Source: Candidatus Aenigmatarchaeota archaeon
Lineage (GTDB): Archaea > Aenigmatarchaeota > Aenigmatarchaeia > PWEA01
Direction: 5' to 3'
Length of the DNA stretch: 64,000 bases
Assembly (NCBI GenBank): GCA_046539325.1
Contig: JBKHHD010000003.1
Span: forward strand, 30,024 to 94,023
In this document: positions 39,117-48,900 of the stretch, piece after piece
How the letters are laid out: every line of letters begins with the position of its first letter
Numbering within the stretch: the stretch's first letter is position 1
Position numbers and translations under genes: made by a program
The notes under the pieces: model-generated
Told to the model about the DNA's origin: nothing
The model's database searches: none
What the model saw: only the letters and a program-made list of their open reading frames with translations

Positions 39117-40335
39117 AGCCGTAGGTTACAGTGCTATTAAGACCAAGTTCCGCGACGTTTTCCGCGCTGACCTTGAAGGACTCAGACATTCCTTTCACAT
39201 TACATTGTTCTACTTTCTCGTCCTTAAAATAAATGTGTGCCAGGTTCGGTCTGTCATCAACCTCAACACCATAGCTCTCTAACTCTCCTTTTTTCAAGAA
39301 CACACCTATTCCGTGATTAGATTTCCCGCTCAAGTTATACTCAAGACGTTGCAGGAAGTCAGGTCCTTCTCTCGGAAAGTAACAGCTCTTGTCCCAGGCC
39401 CTGTATATTTTATCCATGCTCCACACCTCACCTTCCTCACCCTCTACCACCACTCGAGTTCCATTGGTAATTTCACCGACCTCTACATCAGTAACGTACG
39501 GAACGATGACCTCGTCGTCTGCCAGACTCCCCTCTACGACAACGCCTGCGAAGTCGTTAGCGGAACTGTCGTCCGTGAGGTTTTGAATTACCAACACTTT
39601 ATCATCCTTATTCTCAACAGTCTCTATATCCTCCTCATTCTGGACGACCGCGGCCTCGCCGTACCCCCAGGAGTTGTTTCCAGACCCCTCGGCCAATTTC
39701 TCTCCTGAAGGATCGAATCCGCATCTCTCTACAGGCAGAGAAAATCTTCCTCCTGTACCTACAGTGACCACTGGATCCTCAAAGCCTTCCACGGATACGA
39801 AGTTCTTTCTATAGCGATCTTTTTTCAGGTCGAAAAGTCCGTTCTCATCCTCAAGTTCCATGGAGTAGTTTACATTAAAGGAAAGGTCAAAGGGATCTGG
39901 AACATCCACATCTGGCTCTTCCCTCGACAGTTCCAAGATGTAGCCTCTTTTCTTTGATATCTCTTCGACTTCATCAAACCACTCATCAATCCCCGTGCTG
40001 TCCATAAGTACTGCCGGTTCACCGTTTATGGCTCCGTTCACGAAGAGTTCCTTGAGAACTTTTTGAGAAGAGTTCAGACCTTCGCCGGTTTCAACGGTAT
40101 GGTTTATGGCTGAAACCACTGCCCTCTCACCAGTTATCTCCGAAGCCCGTCCGAGATCATCCTCCAAAGAATGGTAATAGTAATAGGCACTTTTCAGCCT
40201 CACCTGCTCTCCTATCCCGCCTCCATAACCACTCATAGCACCGCCAAACGTTATCGAAAGGGCCACAAGAGGAAGGGCCATAAGTACAGTTATCAACGAG
40301 AAGAACTGTCCGGAATCCTTTACAAAAAGATTCAT
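39106..40335 (-). CDS. Large pilin-like/pilus accessory protein
   Basis: Class III-like signal SG^QFFSLITVLMAL; extracellular domain with N-x-S/T sequons. Confidence 0.7.
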   Translation of the reverse strand: MNLFVKDSGQFFSLITVLMALPLVALSITFGGAMSGYGGGIGEQVRLKSAYYYYHSLEDDLGRASEITGERAVVSAINHTVETGEGLNSSQKVLKELFVNGAINGEPAVLMDSTGIDEWFDEVEEISKKRGYILELSREEPDVDVPDPFDLSFNVNYSMELEDENGLFDLKKDRYRKNFVSVEGFEDPVVTVGTGGRFSLPVERCGFDPSGEKLAEGSGNNSWGYGEAAVVQNEEDIETVENKDDKVLVIQNLTDDSSANDFAGVVVEGSLADDEVIVPYVTDVEVGEITNGTRVVVEGEEGEVWSMDKIYRAWDKSCYFPREGPDFLQRLEYNLSGKSNHGIGVFLKKGELESYGVEVDDRPNLAHIYFKDEKVEQCNVKGMSESFKVSAENVAELGLNSTVTYGCGS

Positions 40336-40382
40336 CAAAACACCTTTGCCATACATTTTTCCAATAAAAGCCTTTTCATCTC

Positions 40383-43007
40383 TTACCACATCTTCAACGT
40401 AAAGATTCCAGGACCCCAGAAGTAACGAATTCCTCCTGTCTTCGTATCACTTATCTCCAAATTCTCCTCTGATATCCTCATATCTACCTTGCCGTCGTCG
40501 TTCACATCCAGTTTATCAAGAAGCCTCTCAACCATATCGTCCATCGCGTCTCTTTCAGGGTCCCAAACATCGGAGCTATTGCCTACGCTCAAGTTGTAAC
40601 TTTCGCCCGTGGCTAACTCGACGGTTACGTTCCCTCCTTCGTACTTGGGAAATGAATCTCCATAGCCCACAGACCCGTTAACAGCCACAGTATATATCAC
40701 CCTACTGTCCGGTGAACCTCCGGCGAAATTACCCGCAGAGCTCGAAGTGTCGAGGTAAACTGTATTGTTGCCCTGACCTATCTTTTCAGCTGGCAAATTC
40801 ACAGTGTACGGATCGCCTGTTTTCTCGTAGTTTTCACTATACTTTGACAGATCGTAGACGTTATCATCTAACATGTCGTTTGAGATGTTAACCAAAGAGG
40901 TCCAGAACTCCGAGGAATAGGAAGTGACTTTTGCTTCAAGAGGCCTTGAAGCATTTCCTACCCAAAATTTCCCTTCCTTTGGCGATTCGACCTCACCGCC
41001 AAAGTTATCGGAACGCAGATCAATAGGGATCTCGCCATACTGGAGGCCCGAAGGCGCATCCGTATAGTTGAACTCCAAATAAGAATCAGGATAAAGGGTG
41101 ATATTCTCAGTGTCCTCTTCCCTAACGATAAGTTCCTGTTCTTCATAACTGGCCTCCAACATGTCCTGTGTAACGTTCCTGAACTTTTCTCTCAACTCTC
41201 CGAGCTCCGAATAATAATATTTGCCTTCGGAGCAGTTAGCCATCGACTGCAACGTTTCATTATCGACTTCATCCTTGGGACCAAAACCTACGGTGTATAC
41301 ATCTATGCCATAGTTTTGATAAGCATCACAGGCCGCTTGTATAGCATCCTCTTTTGCACTCCCCGTTCCCTGCTCCTCGCACTCCACGTTTGCTTCCCCG
41401 TCACTCATAACCACCATAGATCTATACCTGCTTTCGTTGGACTGGTTTACTAACCTTCCAGTGGCATCGTTTACACCGCAGCAAATACAAGTGCTTCCAT
41501 CATCAACCCAGTCATCCACAGTATCGCGGAGAGACGAATTATTTCTGGACAAATTGTGTGTGTCGGTTTCATCCACAACATCGTTGTAACCCGTTACACC
41601 AGCTCTGTTTTCGGAGACATTCAAGACGATATCAATGAAGTCCTTTGTCGAGTTCTTGGCGACCGTTAGCCTCTCCGAGGAATAATCAAGCCAGGTTCCA
41701 TCACAAGATTCACATCCGCTCTGTGTTCCACAATCCTCCGACCACCAACAGCAAAACGTATCGTAATCAAAGCAACTGTCGGAACAGTCATAGTTATCAG
41801 AGTCAGCAGGAACATCACAGGTCCCCATACTTCCTGAGATATCCACGACGGAAAACATATCAGCCTCCCTTCTCTTTAGCTCGGTCACGTTCGACAGTCC
41901 TAACCTCAGAGGGACGGTCCTTCGACTTATATCTGAATAGTTAATTCTAGAAGACTTGAAACGGGAGGAAATCTCTTCATCAGTAACTTCGACCTCCTCT
42001 TTCTGACCGTCGGTGGAACCCTCGTAAACTGTGACGTTACCCAGTATCATAGATATATTGTAATCGCTTCTGTAGTTTAACTGGGCAGACATATTCTGAA
42101 TCTCCCCGGGCGAATAAAAAGAGCCGTAGAGATTTATAACTCCATATATTCCGGGGAATTCCAGCCTCATCGTTCCTTCTTCACCTTTACTGTACCCAAC
42201 TTCACTGACGTTGTACCTGACATGGAAAAAACCACCAGACAGGGAGGAGTTTCCACCTGTAAAATTAAAATCAATTTTGTTTTCACCAGGCTTCAGGTTG
42301 TCCCAGTACTGTTTCTCAATCTTCCACCTGTCGGCTCTGAGTTCCCCGCTTTTAGGGAAGTAGTCACCTGAAAAATTACCGTTTATAAAAAGGCTGAAGT
42401 TTCCTCCTGCATCCAGTTCCATGGTAACGTTTTCGACATCCTTCATGTTCTCCAGCGTTATATTTCTAGTTATATTTCCATCGCCGACGTAACCCCCGAA
42501 AAAAATATGTGAATTCTGAAGTAGTGAATCTGATTCGCTCAGTTGACCTCTTGTAATATATCCCTCAGGCTCCTCTCCCACAGCATATCCCGAAGCAACT
42601 CTACTCGCTACTGAAACGGTATCATCCTCGTCGCAGCCGCTTTCTATACTTTCGTCGCCAAACTTCATCTCCCAACACGTACCGTCCTTATCGCCCACCA
42701 CTGTCTCCAGAATATCCTCTGCTGCAGTCTTGTTATCCGAAACCCAGTAAGAACCTACCAACTCGAGGAGAGAACTGTCCTCATTACTTTCGTCAACGTA
42801 CTCGTCAACTGCGGATATCTCTCCTGCATCTGTGTTTGAAAGAAACGACATAATATCCTCAGCTTCCGCGTGCTTACCTCTGTACTCTAGTTCCGGGACA
42901 ACGCTGTAATATACTCCAATGCCACCTACTATGGTGATGATAACCGTCAAGGCCAGAATAGCATCAAGGCTAAAGAAGACTCCTTTCCTCGGCTTAACAA
43001 CTACCAC
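40383..43007 (-). CDS. vWA-domain pilus-associated adhesin with pilin-like N-terminus
   Basis: RKG^VFFSLDAILAL signal; MIDAS DISGS…ST…VVMSDG; VYTVGFG; Cys-rich insert. Confidence 0.85.
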   Translation of the reverse strand: MVVVKPRKGVFFSLDAILALTVIITIVGGIGVYYSVVPELEYRGKHAEAEDIMSFLSNTDAGEISAVDEYVDESNEDSSLLELVGSYWVSDNKTAAEDILETVVGDKDGTCWEMKFGDESIESGCDEDDTVSVASRVASGYAVGEEPEGYITRGQLSESDSLLQNSHIFFGGYVGDGNITRNITLENMKDVENVTMELDAGGNFSLFINGNFSGDYFPKSGELRADRWKIEKQYWDNLKPGENKIDFNFTGGNSSLSGGFFHVRYNVSEVGYSKGEEGTMRLEFPGIYGVINLYGSFYSPGEIQNMSAQLNYRSDYNISMILGNVTVYEGSTDGQKEEVEVTDEEISSRFKSSRINYSDISRRTVPLRLGLSNVTELKRREADMFSVVDISGSMGTCDVPADSDNYDCSDSCFDYDTFCCWWSEDCGTQSGCESCDGTWLDYSSERLTVAKNSTKDFIDIVLNVSENRAGVTGYNDVVDETDTHNLSRNNSSLRDTVDDWVDDGSTCICCGVNDATGRLVNQSNESRYRSMVVMSDGEANVECEEQGTGSAKEDAIQAACDAYQNYGIDVYTVGFGPKDEVDNETLQSMANCSEGKYYYSELGELREKFRNVTQDMLEASYEEQELIVREEDTENITLYPDSYLEFNYTDAPSGLQYGEIPIDLRSDNFGGEVESPKEGKFWVGNASRPLEAKVTSYSSEFWTSLVNISNDMLDDNVYDLSKYSENYEKTGDPYTVNLPAEKIGQGNNTVYLDTSSSAGNFAGGSPDSRVIYTVAVNGSVGYGDSFPKYEGGNVTVELATGESYNLSVGNSSDVWDPERDAMDDMVERLLDKLDVNDDGKVDMRISEENLEISDTKTGGIRYFWGPGIFTLKMW

Positions 43008-43516
43008 ACTACCAACCTCATTGAAGCCTTACCTTGAATTTCATCTATAGAGACCTCTCTTTCAACGGTATACACATTCCGAGTGTCCTCCCAGCTCTTT
43101 TTTCCCCTCTCAAAGACAGTCCCGTTGCTATCCAGCACGTTTCCGTCTCCATCCTCCAGAGAGAGGTAGTAGTCACGATCATAGAAACCCAGAAGTTCCT
43201 CTGCCGTATCGTTATCCATTTCAAAGTACTCGGCCAGCTTCGTCACGTCCAACTCGTTGGGAGTACCTGTAGAAAATCCGAGTACCTCCACATTGGTACT
43301 GTTCCAGTCTTCCGGATAACCTTCAAACAGTAAAAGTGTGTCAGTTCTGGACGCCAGAGATTCGTGGAAAACCATCCTTTGTTCCTCCTTTATATCTTCC
43401 AAAATCCTTGAATTGTAAACCTGAAGTGTTGTCATTACGAAAAGGACTACAATTACACCGACCAAAAAATCAGCTGAAAATATCTGTCCAAGTTTTCTCC
43501 TTTTCAATTTATCCAC
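43001..43516 (-). CDS. Minor pilin-like protein
   Basis: KLG^QIFSADFLVGVIVV signal; GYPEDW motif. Confidence 0.75.
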   Translation of the reverse strand: MDKLKRRKLGQIFSADFLVGVIVVLFVMTTLQVYNSRILEDIKEEQRMVFHESLASRTDTLLLFEGYPEDWNSTNVEVLGFSTGTPNELDVTKLAEYFEMDNDTAEELLGFYDRDYYLSLEDGDGNVLDSNGTVFERGKKSWEDTRNVYTVEREVSIDEIQGKASMRLVVW

Positions 43517-43922
43517 CGTTCAATACTATTGTACCCCCGGAATTTTCCATAGTATTCTTTCCGGGCTTGGGTTCTCCCTCAGGCTTCGAGGCTATAACCT
43601 GTCTGTTTTTTACCCCTTCGGACCATTTAACAGTGAGGACCTTTCCGTGGCTCGAGTCCCTTACTTCTAAACTGTAGTCCTGTCCTGAAATTTCACCTGG
43701 AAGGGTAAAGTTCCTCGTATATCCATCACCAAATCGCACGGCAGTATTCACCTCCTTTTCAAGAACCGTTACAAGTCTCTCTGCCTCGATCGCTACAGAC
43801 CTCTTCCTTATTTTCATAGTTTGGTTGAAGACCACAGGGCCAAAGGCTACGAACATGAAAAGCAGTATCCCAAAGTAGGCCATGAATTCCATGGAAACCT
43901 GCCCTTTGTCAGAATGTAACAT
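43509..43922 (-). CDS. Minor pilin (class III signal peptide)
   Basis: KG^QVSMEFMAYFGILL signal; GDGYTRNFTLP. Confidence 0.8.
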   Translation of the reverse strand: MLHSDKGQVSMEFMAYFGILLFMFVAFGPVVFNQTMKIRKRSVAIEAERLVTVLEKEVNTAVRFGDGYTRNFTLPGEISGQDYSLEVRDSSHGKVLTVKWSEGVKNRQVIASKPEGEPKPGKNTMENSGGTIVLNGG

Positions 43923-44325
43923 TTACGAAGCCCTCCTCTTCCATCTTCAGAGTAATTTTATAGGAACCAGGCTTCACAGGAAGATCACCAGTAAGGTTCG
44001 CCGAGGTCTCTGCGGAGTAATCAGTGGGTCCAGAAGCAGACTCTACCCTTACAACAAAGTGGTTTTGTGTTACGTTTGTACGTGAAGTGCCGGAAGGTAG
44101 ATGGAGACTTTTTGTAATCCTTGCAGGATAGCCCTGGGCCTGTACCATGTCTGCCGAATCGGCGAGACTTTGAAGTGAGTCACGCAGTGCAGCCTTCCCC
44201 ATGTCTTCCCTCGACCTTGCAGTCTGAGAATAGACAAGCGAAACAAGGGGAATGAGTATAAGCATGGCTATAATCATTATCATGAGGTACTCGGTGGAGG
44301 CCTGGCCTTCAGTGCTCAAAAACAT
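43909..44325 (-). CDS. Minor pilin (class III signal peptide)
   Basis: G^QASTEYLMIMIIAMLILIP signal; QGYPAR…LP. Confidence 0.8.
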   Translation of the reverse strand: MFLSTEGQASTEYLMIMIIAMLILIPLVSLVYSQTARSREDMGKAALRDSLQSLADSADMVQAQGYPARITKSLHLPSGTSRTNVTQNHFVVRVESASGPTDYSAETSANLTGDLPVKPGSYKITLKMEEEGFVNVTF

Positions 44326-44391
44326 AGCAAACGCTTACCAACAAATAAACTACGTCATTGGTGTATAAATAACTCAGCCAAGCAGTTTACC

Positions 44392-44931
44392 TTACTGATT
44401 CTTCAGGTATTCATCCACAACCGAAGGATCCATGCCATTTCCCTTCAAAGACCTCTTGAGTTCATCAGGTTTGAAGCCCCTGTTGAGATTCTTCGATAAC
44501 CACGCCTCCATCTCTTTGGATATTTTTCCGCCGCCCCTAAAGGGTCGGTCTTGAGAAGATCCCTGGTCTTGGGTTCCTATCTCCTCAAATCCTCTCTTCA
44601 CATCTCTAAACCTGGATCTGGTCTCCGTCTTTCTCTCCTTAGCCTCTCCTTGAGAAGAAGTCCTTGACTCTCCTTTTCGTTTTCCTGACGTTCCTGTCTT
44701 GAAGTCTTTGGGTAACATAGACCCTGAGTCCTCTCCTGAGCTCCGCAAACGTTCATTTCTCCTCTGACTTCTTGTCCTCTCAATCTCGGCCTCAAGATTA
44801 TCGATCCTGTTCTGTAGCTCTAGTAGATTACTCCCCGTCCAAATTTCCTTCAACTCTTCAATTTCCTCCTCAAAGTTATCAACTTCCGTGTCCTGGCTCC
44901 TGATCTTCTGAAGAATCTCCTTGAAGTTCAT
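44392..44931 (-). CDS. Hypothetical coiled-coil protein with a small C-terminal helical domain
   Basis: Coiled coil, low-complexity linker, then WLSKNLNRGFKPDELKRSLKGNG. Confidence 0.65.
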   Translation of the reverse strand: MNFKEILQKIRSQDTEVDNFEEEIEELKEIWTGSNLLELQNRIDNLEAEIERTRSQRRNERLRSSGEDSGSMLPKDFKTGTSGKRKGESRTSSQGEAKERKTETRSRFRDVKRGFEEIGTQDQGSSQDRPFRGGGKISKEMEAWLSKNLNRGFKPDELKRSLKGNGMDPSVVDEYLKNQ

Positions 44932-45962
44932 TTTTTACCACTCATAATTTTAAGTAGTTCTATAATCATTTCCTGTCGCTCTTTGAGCCTCTGGCTTTTC
45001 TCGGTAAGTTCCTCAGAAACCTCCTTCGACTCCTTGTAGGCAGAAAGAACATCACTTAGTTCCTCCTTGTCTACATCTGAAATAAGTTCTTCAAAGAGAT
45101 CACTGATATCGTAAAGTTTGTCCTCGAGCTCCGACTTAATATCGGTTATCTCCTCCTCAAGCTCTTCCTTTGTTTTATCGAGGTCATCCTTAGAAACCAT
45201 ATCATCCGTCTTCACATCTACCCTGTCTACAGTTTTCATAAGTTCCGTGATTGTCTCCTTGTTGCTGTCTATCTTATCCTGGTATTCCTCAAACTGGTTT
45301 AGCTTCTCTGAAAGCTCGGAAAACATGTTCTCCATTCTAGATGCCTTCCTATCCACATAGTCTTTGTTGTCCTCGATCTCATCCAGCTTTTCTTCTATGC
45401 TTTCGGAAAGGTCCAATATGTTCTCCACATCCTTTATGGCACTGAGCTTTTCGTCGACCTCCCTCACTCTATCCTTGATATTCTCGAACTTATCCTCGAA
45501 CTCCTCGACCCTGGCCTGGTTCTTAGTTATCTTCTCCTCCTTCTTCTCCAGCTTCTTTTCGAACTCGCCAGGCTCTATCTCCTCAAACGCGTCCCGTATC
45601 TTCTCGAACTCCTTCTCAAGCTCGTCGAAGGTGTCTTCCCTATCTATTAGGCTCGACCTGAGTTCGCCTATCTCACTAGAAAGCTCACGTATCTGCTCCT
45701 CTGTGCCTTCCCTTTCCTCCTGAAGCATCTCTATTCTAGCTTCCAGCTTGTCTATGCGCATGGTTAGCTTTTCGACGCCACTGGCCTCATCCGGTATTTC
45801 CTCTCCCTCCACATCGCTCACCTCGTCGAGATCCTCCATGCCGCCTTCTTGCTCCTCAAGTTCATCGAACTCGTCCTTCGATATAACGTTCTCCTCTTCG
45901 CCTACGTCCTCTTCAGTGAGCTCGCCCATCTTTTTCTCATCGTCTTCAGCCATCAAATTCAC
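44928..45962 (-). CDS. Long cytoplasmic coiled-coil protein
   Basis: Acidic N-terminus followed by about 280 aa of heptad-rich sequence; overlaps the next gene. Confidence 0.75.
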   Translation of the reverse strand: MNLMAEDDEKKMGELTEEDVGEEENVISKDEFDELEEQEGGMEDLDEVSDVEGEEIPDEASGVEKLTMRIDKLEARIEMLQEEREGTEEQIRELSSEIGELRSSLIDREDTFDELEKEFEKIRDAFEEIEPGEFEKKLEKKEEKITKNQARVEEFEDKFENIKDRVREVDEKLSAIKDVENILDLSESIEEKLDEIEDNKDYVDRKASRMENMFSELSEKLNQFEEYQDKIDSNKETITELMKTVDRVDVKTDDMVSKDDLDKTKEELEEEITDIKSELEDKLYDISDLFEELISDVDKEELSDVLSAYKESKEVSEELTEKSQRLKERQEMIIELLKIMSGKK

Positions 45963-45963
45963 C

Positions 45964-48900
45964 TCACTTTATTTTTTCCTCTAGGGAGTCTATATAAATT
46001 TCAGTCATTCTGAAGTTACCTGATTTGAGCTTGTTTTTGGCCATCCTCAAGGAAGTTCTGAGGTCAAACACATCCTTTCCTTTGTCTTCCATCGAATCGA
46101 TCTTCTCTTCGATCTCCTTGAGCTTCTCGGAATAGTCCTCGTACTTCTCCAGTTTCTCTTCTTCAAGCTTGTGTGGATTATGCCAGGTCGGCCGGAACCT
46201 GACGAACCAGGGATCACCGTCGTTGTACTGCGGGTTCTGCATCATACATACGCCTATACCCTGCCTGGTTATCCTCTTGGCGTACTTCTCGCCGTACTTG
46301 TCCTTTGCCTTCTGTATATCCTGCGTGGCCTTAGTATTAAACTGTACATCTGTAAGAACATTACCCTCTATAGCCTCCTTGAAGTCTGACAGTACTTGTG
46401 AACACATGATTATACCTATGCCCCATTTTCTGAACTCACGGCACGCCCTCTCCAACGCCTCGTAACCTCCTTTACCTCCGTACTTCTCCAGAAGTCTATG
46501 AACTTCGTCGAAGACCACTACAAGCTTCAGGTCCTCGCTCTCCTCCCAGTTGACGTCGAACATCGAGTCTATTATATTCCTCACGGCCTGGTCGAACTCG
46601 CTCGTTGTCAGGTCGTGCAACGTGAACACGGTTATTTCGCCCTCGTTCATAAGCTCCTTGAAGTCTATTTCCCTCTCCGGATCGTCCATCTTGTGGATCA
46701 TACCAGGATAGCTCTTCCTCCTCTTCTTGTCCATGCCCAGCTTGTTGTAATACTTCAGAAGATCCTCGTCCTCGCAGGAGTTCACAAAGCCCGTCCACTG
46801 TGCAGTCGGGTCGAACACTACGACAGGAACATCGCTGTCCAGGGCCTCTTCTGCAAAGACAGAAGCCCCAACCGACTTTCCGGCTCCTGTTGCACCTGCG
46901 ACGAGAACATGTGTCTTCAGATCATCAGGATTGTAGTAGGCCTTCTTGTTCTTACCTGCAAGTTTGCCTATCCAAAATGAGTCCTCGCTCTTCTGTGGGA
47001 TCGCAGAGTAGTCAACGGGGAAGAGATACCTCTGTTGCTCCTCCTTCTCTTCCTTCCAGACCTTGTATTTCTCCCTGAGTCTGAAAACGCCTATCAGTAT
47101 GACTATAACTGCTATAGGAACGCCCAGGAAGATTATAATCTGGCCTGCAGTCGTGGCCCAGAAAGGTTGCGTGACCTGGAATGTTGCCATATCTTTCACA
47201 GCTTTTCCGTTGAACTCAGCCCATACGTACAGCCTGTAGGTTCCTGCATCCATGTCTTCCGACGTCTTTATTTCTTTGAGATCGCTGTAGGTTTCCTCGA
47301 AGGTAACAAAGTTCTTGTGTTCGAATGAAGTCTTGTTATCCTGATCACGGGCTACGTATGTAAGGTTTACCTCAAATCTATCATTTGCATCCTGGCCTTT
47401 TAACTCTATCCTCGCCGTGAGGTTGTCACCGCTCTCTATTCGGCTCTCAATGAGCTCTAAATCCATCGAAAGCTCTTCCTCACCTGGCTCGAGGACCTCA
47501 AGCTGAACAGGACGTGTTCTCTCTCTACCACGTGACCTTAAGACCAGGGCGTCAGAATAGGTGTCGGGCTGTACGTCCTCCGGCACTTCAAGATCAACGG
47601 AAACAGTCTTCGATCCTGTAGGACCGAGCTCCACGGTCCCGCTCTCGAAGGTATACCATTCGTCGAGGTCACCGAACATAGAAAGATTTACCTCTATCTC
47701 TTCCTCAAGGTTGTTGGTCAACATTATCCAGCGGTCCTTGGATTCACCCGGGAACACCTTCTCGTCCTCTATGTTCGTCTCGAAGTCGAAGGGGAACGGC
47801 TCCTCCTCTTCCGGAGGTTCGACTCCACCACTGCTCTCACTGTCATCTGTACTGTCTTCTGTGGGTGTATAACCGGTACAGTCTATGAGTTCACCATCCG
47901 ACAAACAGGCCTCTGCCAGTATATACCCACTTCCATTTTGCGTCTCAAAAGTCAGAGTCCTCTCGCTAGTATCCGGTTTCGCCTCTATCATATCTTCTCC
48001 AGTGAGACTAGTATTACAGGTCCTGCTTCCGTAGCTCCAGTCACTGCACTCCAAGACACGGAGGTTCCCGGTCCTGTAGACGCTTCCGAGGGACTTGTCT
48101 GAATAGTCCAGGGTTACCTCCTTTGATGTGAATTCCATCGTACTATTTTCCTCGACAACAAGTCCAAAGAGTGGCTCTCTGAATTCTCCGGGAAGTATGC
48201 GTATTGCATCACAATGGTCACAGCTGGAGTTGGGGAAGTAGTCAAGACGGAAGGGTTTGCCCAGAGAATCGGCGTCGCCCTGCTGAAGAAGCGACTGGTT
48301 CGTATCAAATTTATTATACTGGACCTCCTGATCAAAGAGCTCGGCTCTCAGGTCATACTTTCTCCTGTGGATCTCCTTCTCTACATCCGTTACCTCACTC
48401 CAACTATGGACAACTATATCCTTCCTTCCAGGTCTATACCACGTAAGGTTTACAGGCATACTCTTTCCTGAAGGATCTGAAGTATCTATGGAAACGTTCA
48501 TCGGCTCGTAGACGCTGAACCAACCCGTCGTAGAGTTAACCTGACCACCATAACTGTTCCAGTAATCACTGTCATCGCTTGGTATATCGATGTTCTCAGA
48601 GCCTTCAGCATCCTCGATATCTCCTGTATCGTTAGTCGAGAGGGTTATATCGTAATCAGATACAGGGAACGAGCCATTCACCCCTCCGTAGTCAAATGCC
48701 CAGATATCTCCGCTTTTTGTTCCATCGATTCTTGTGGTATCACCTGTCTCGTTCACGGTTATATTCATCCACACATTATCGACTCCTGTGTTATCAAATA
48801 CATCTGTCTCAATTTCGACCTGTCCTTCCTCCTCAACCACCTCCTTCATGACAGGATCAACCTTGACTTCAGAGAAGGAAGGTGGTTTTATATCGTAGTA

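Noticed and set aside
45964-47060. DNA-repair HerA (HerA-NurA) or conjugative element
   Set aside because: No HAS barrel and no nurA, mre11, rad50, relaxase or integrase nearby; the domain is fused to a membrane-anchored ectodomain.
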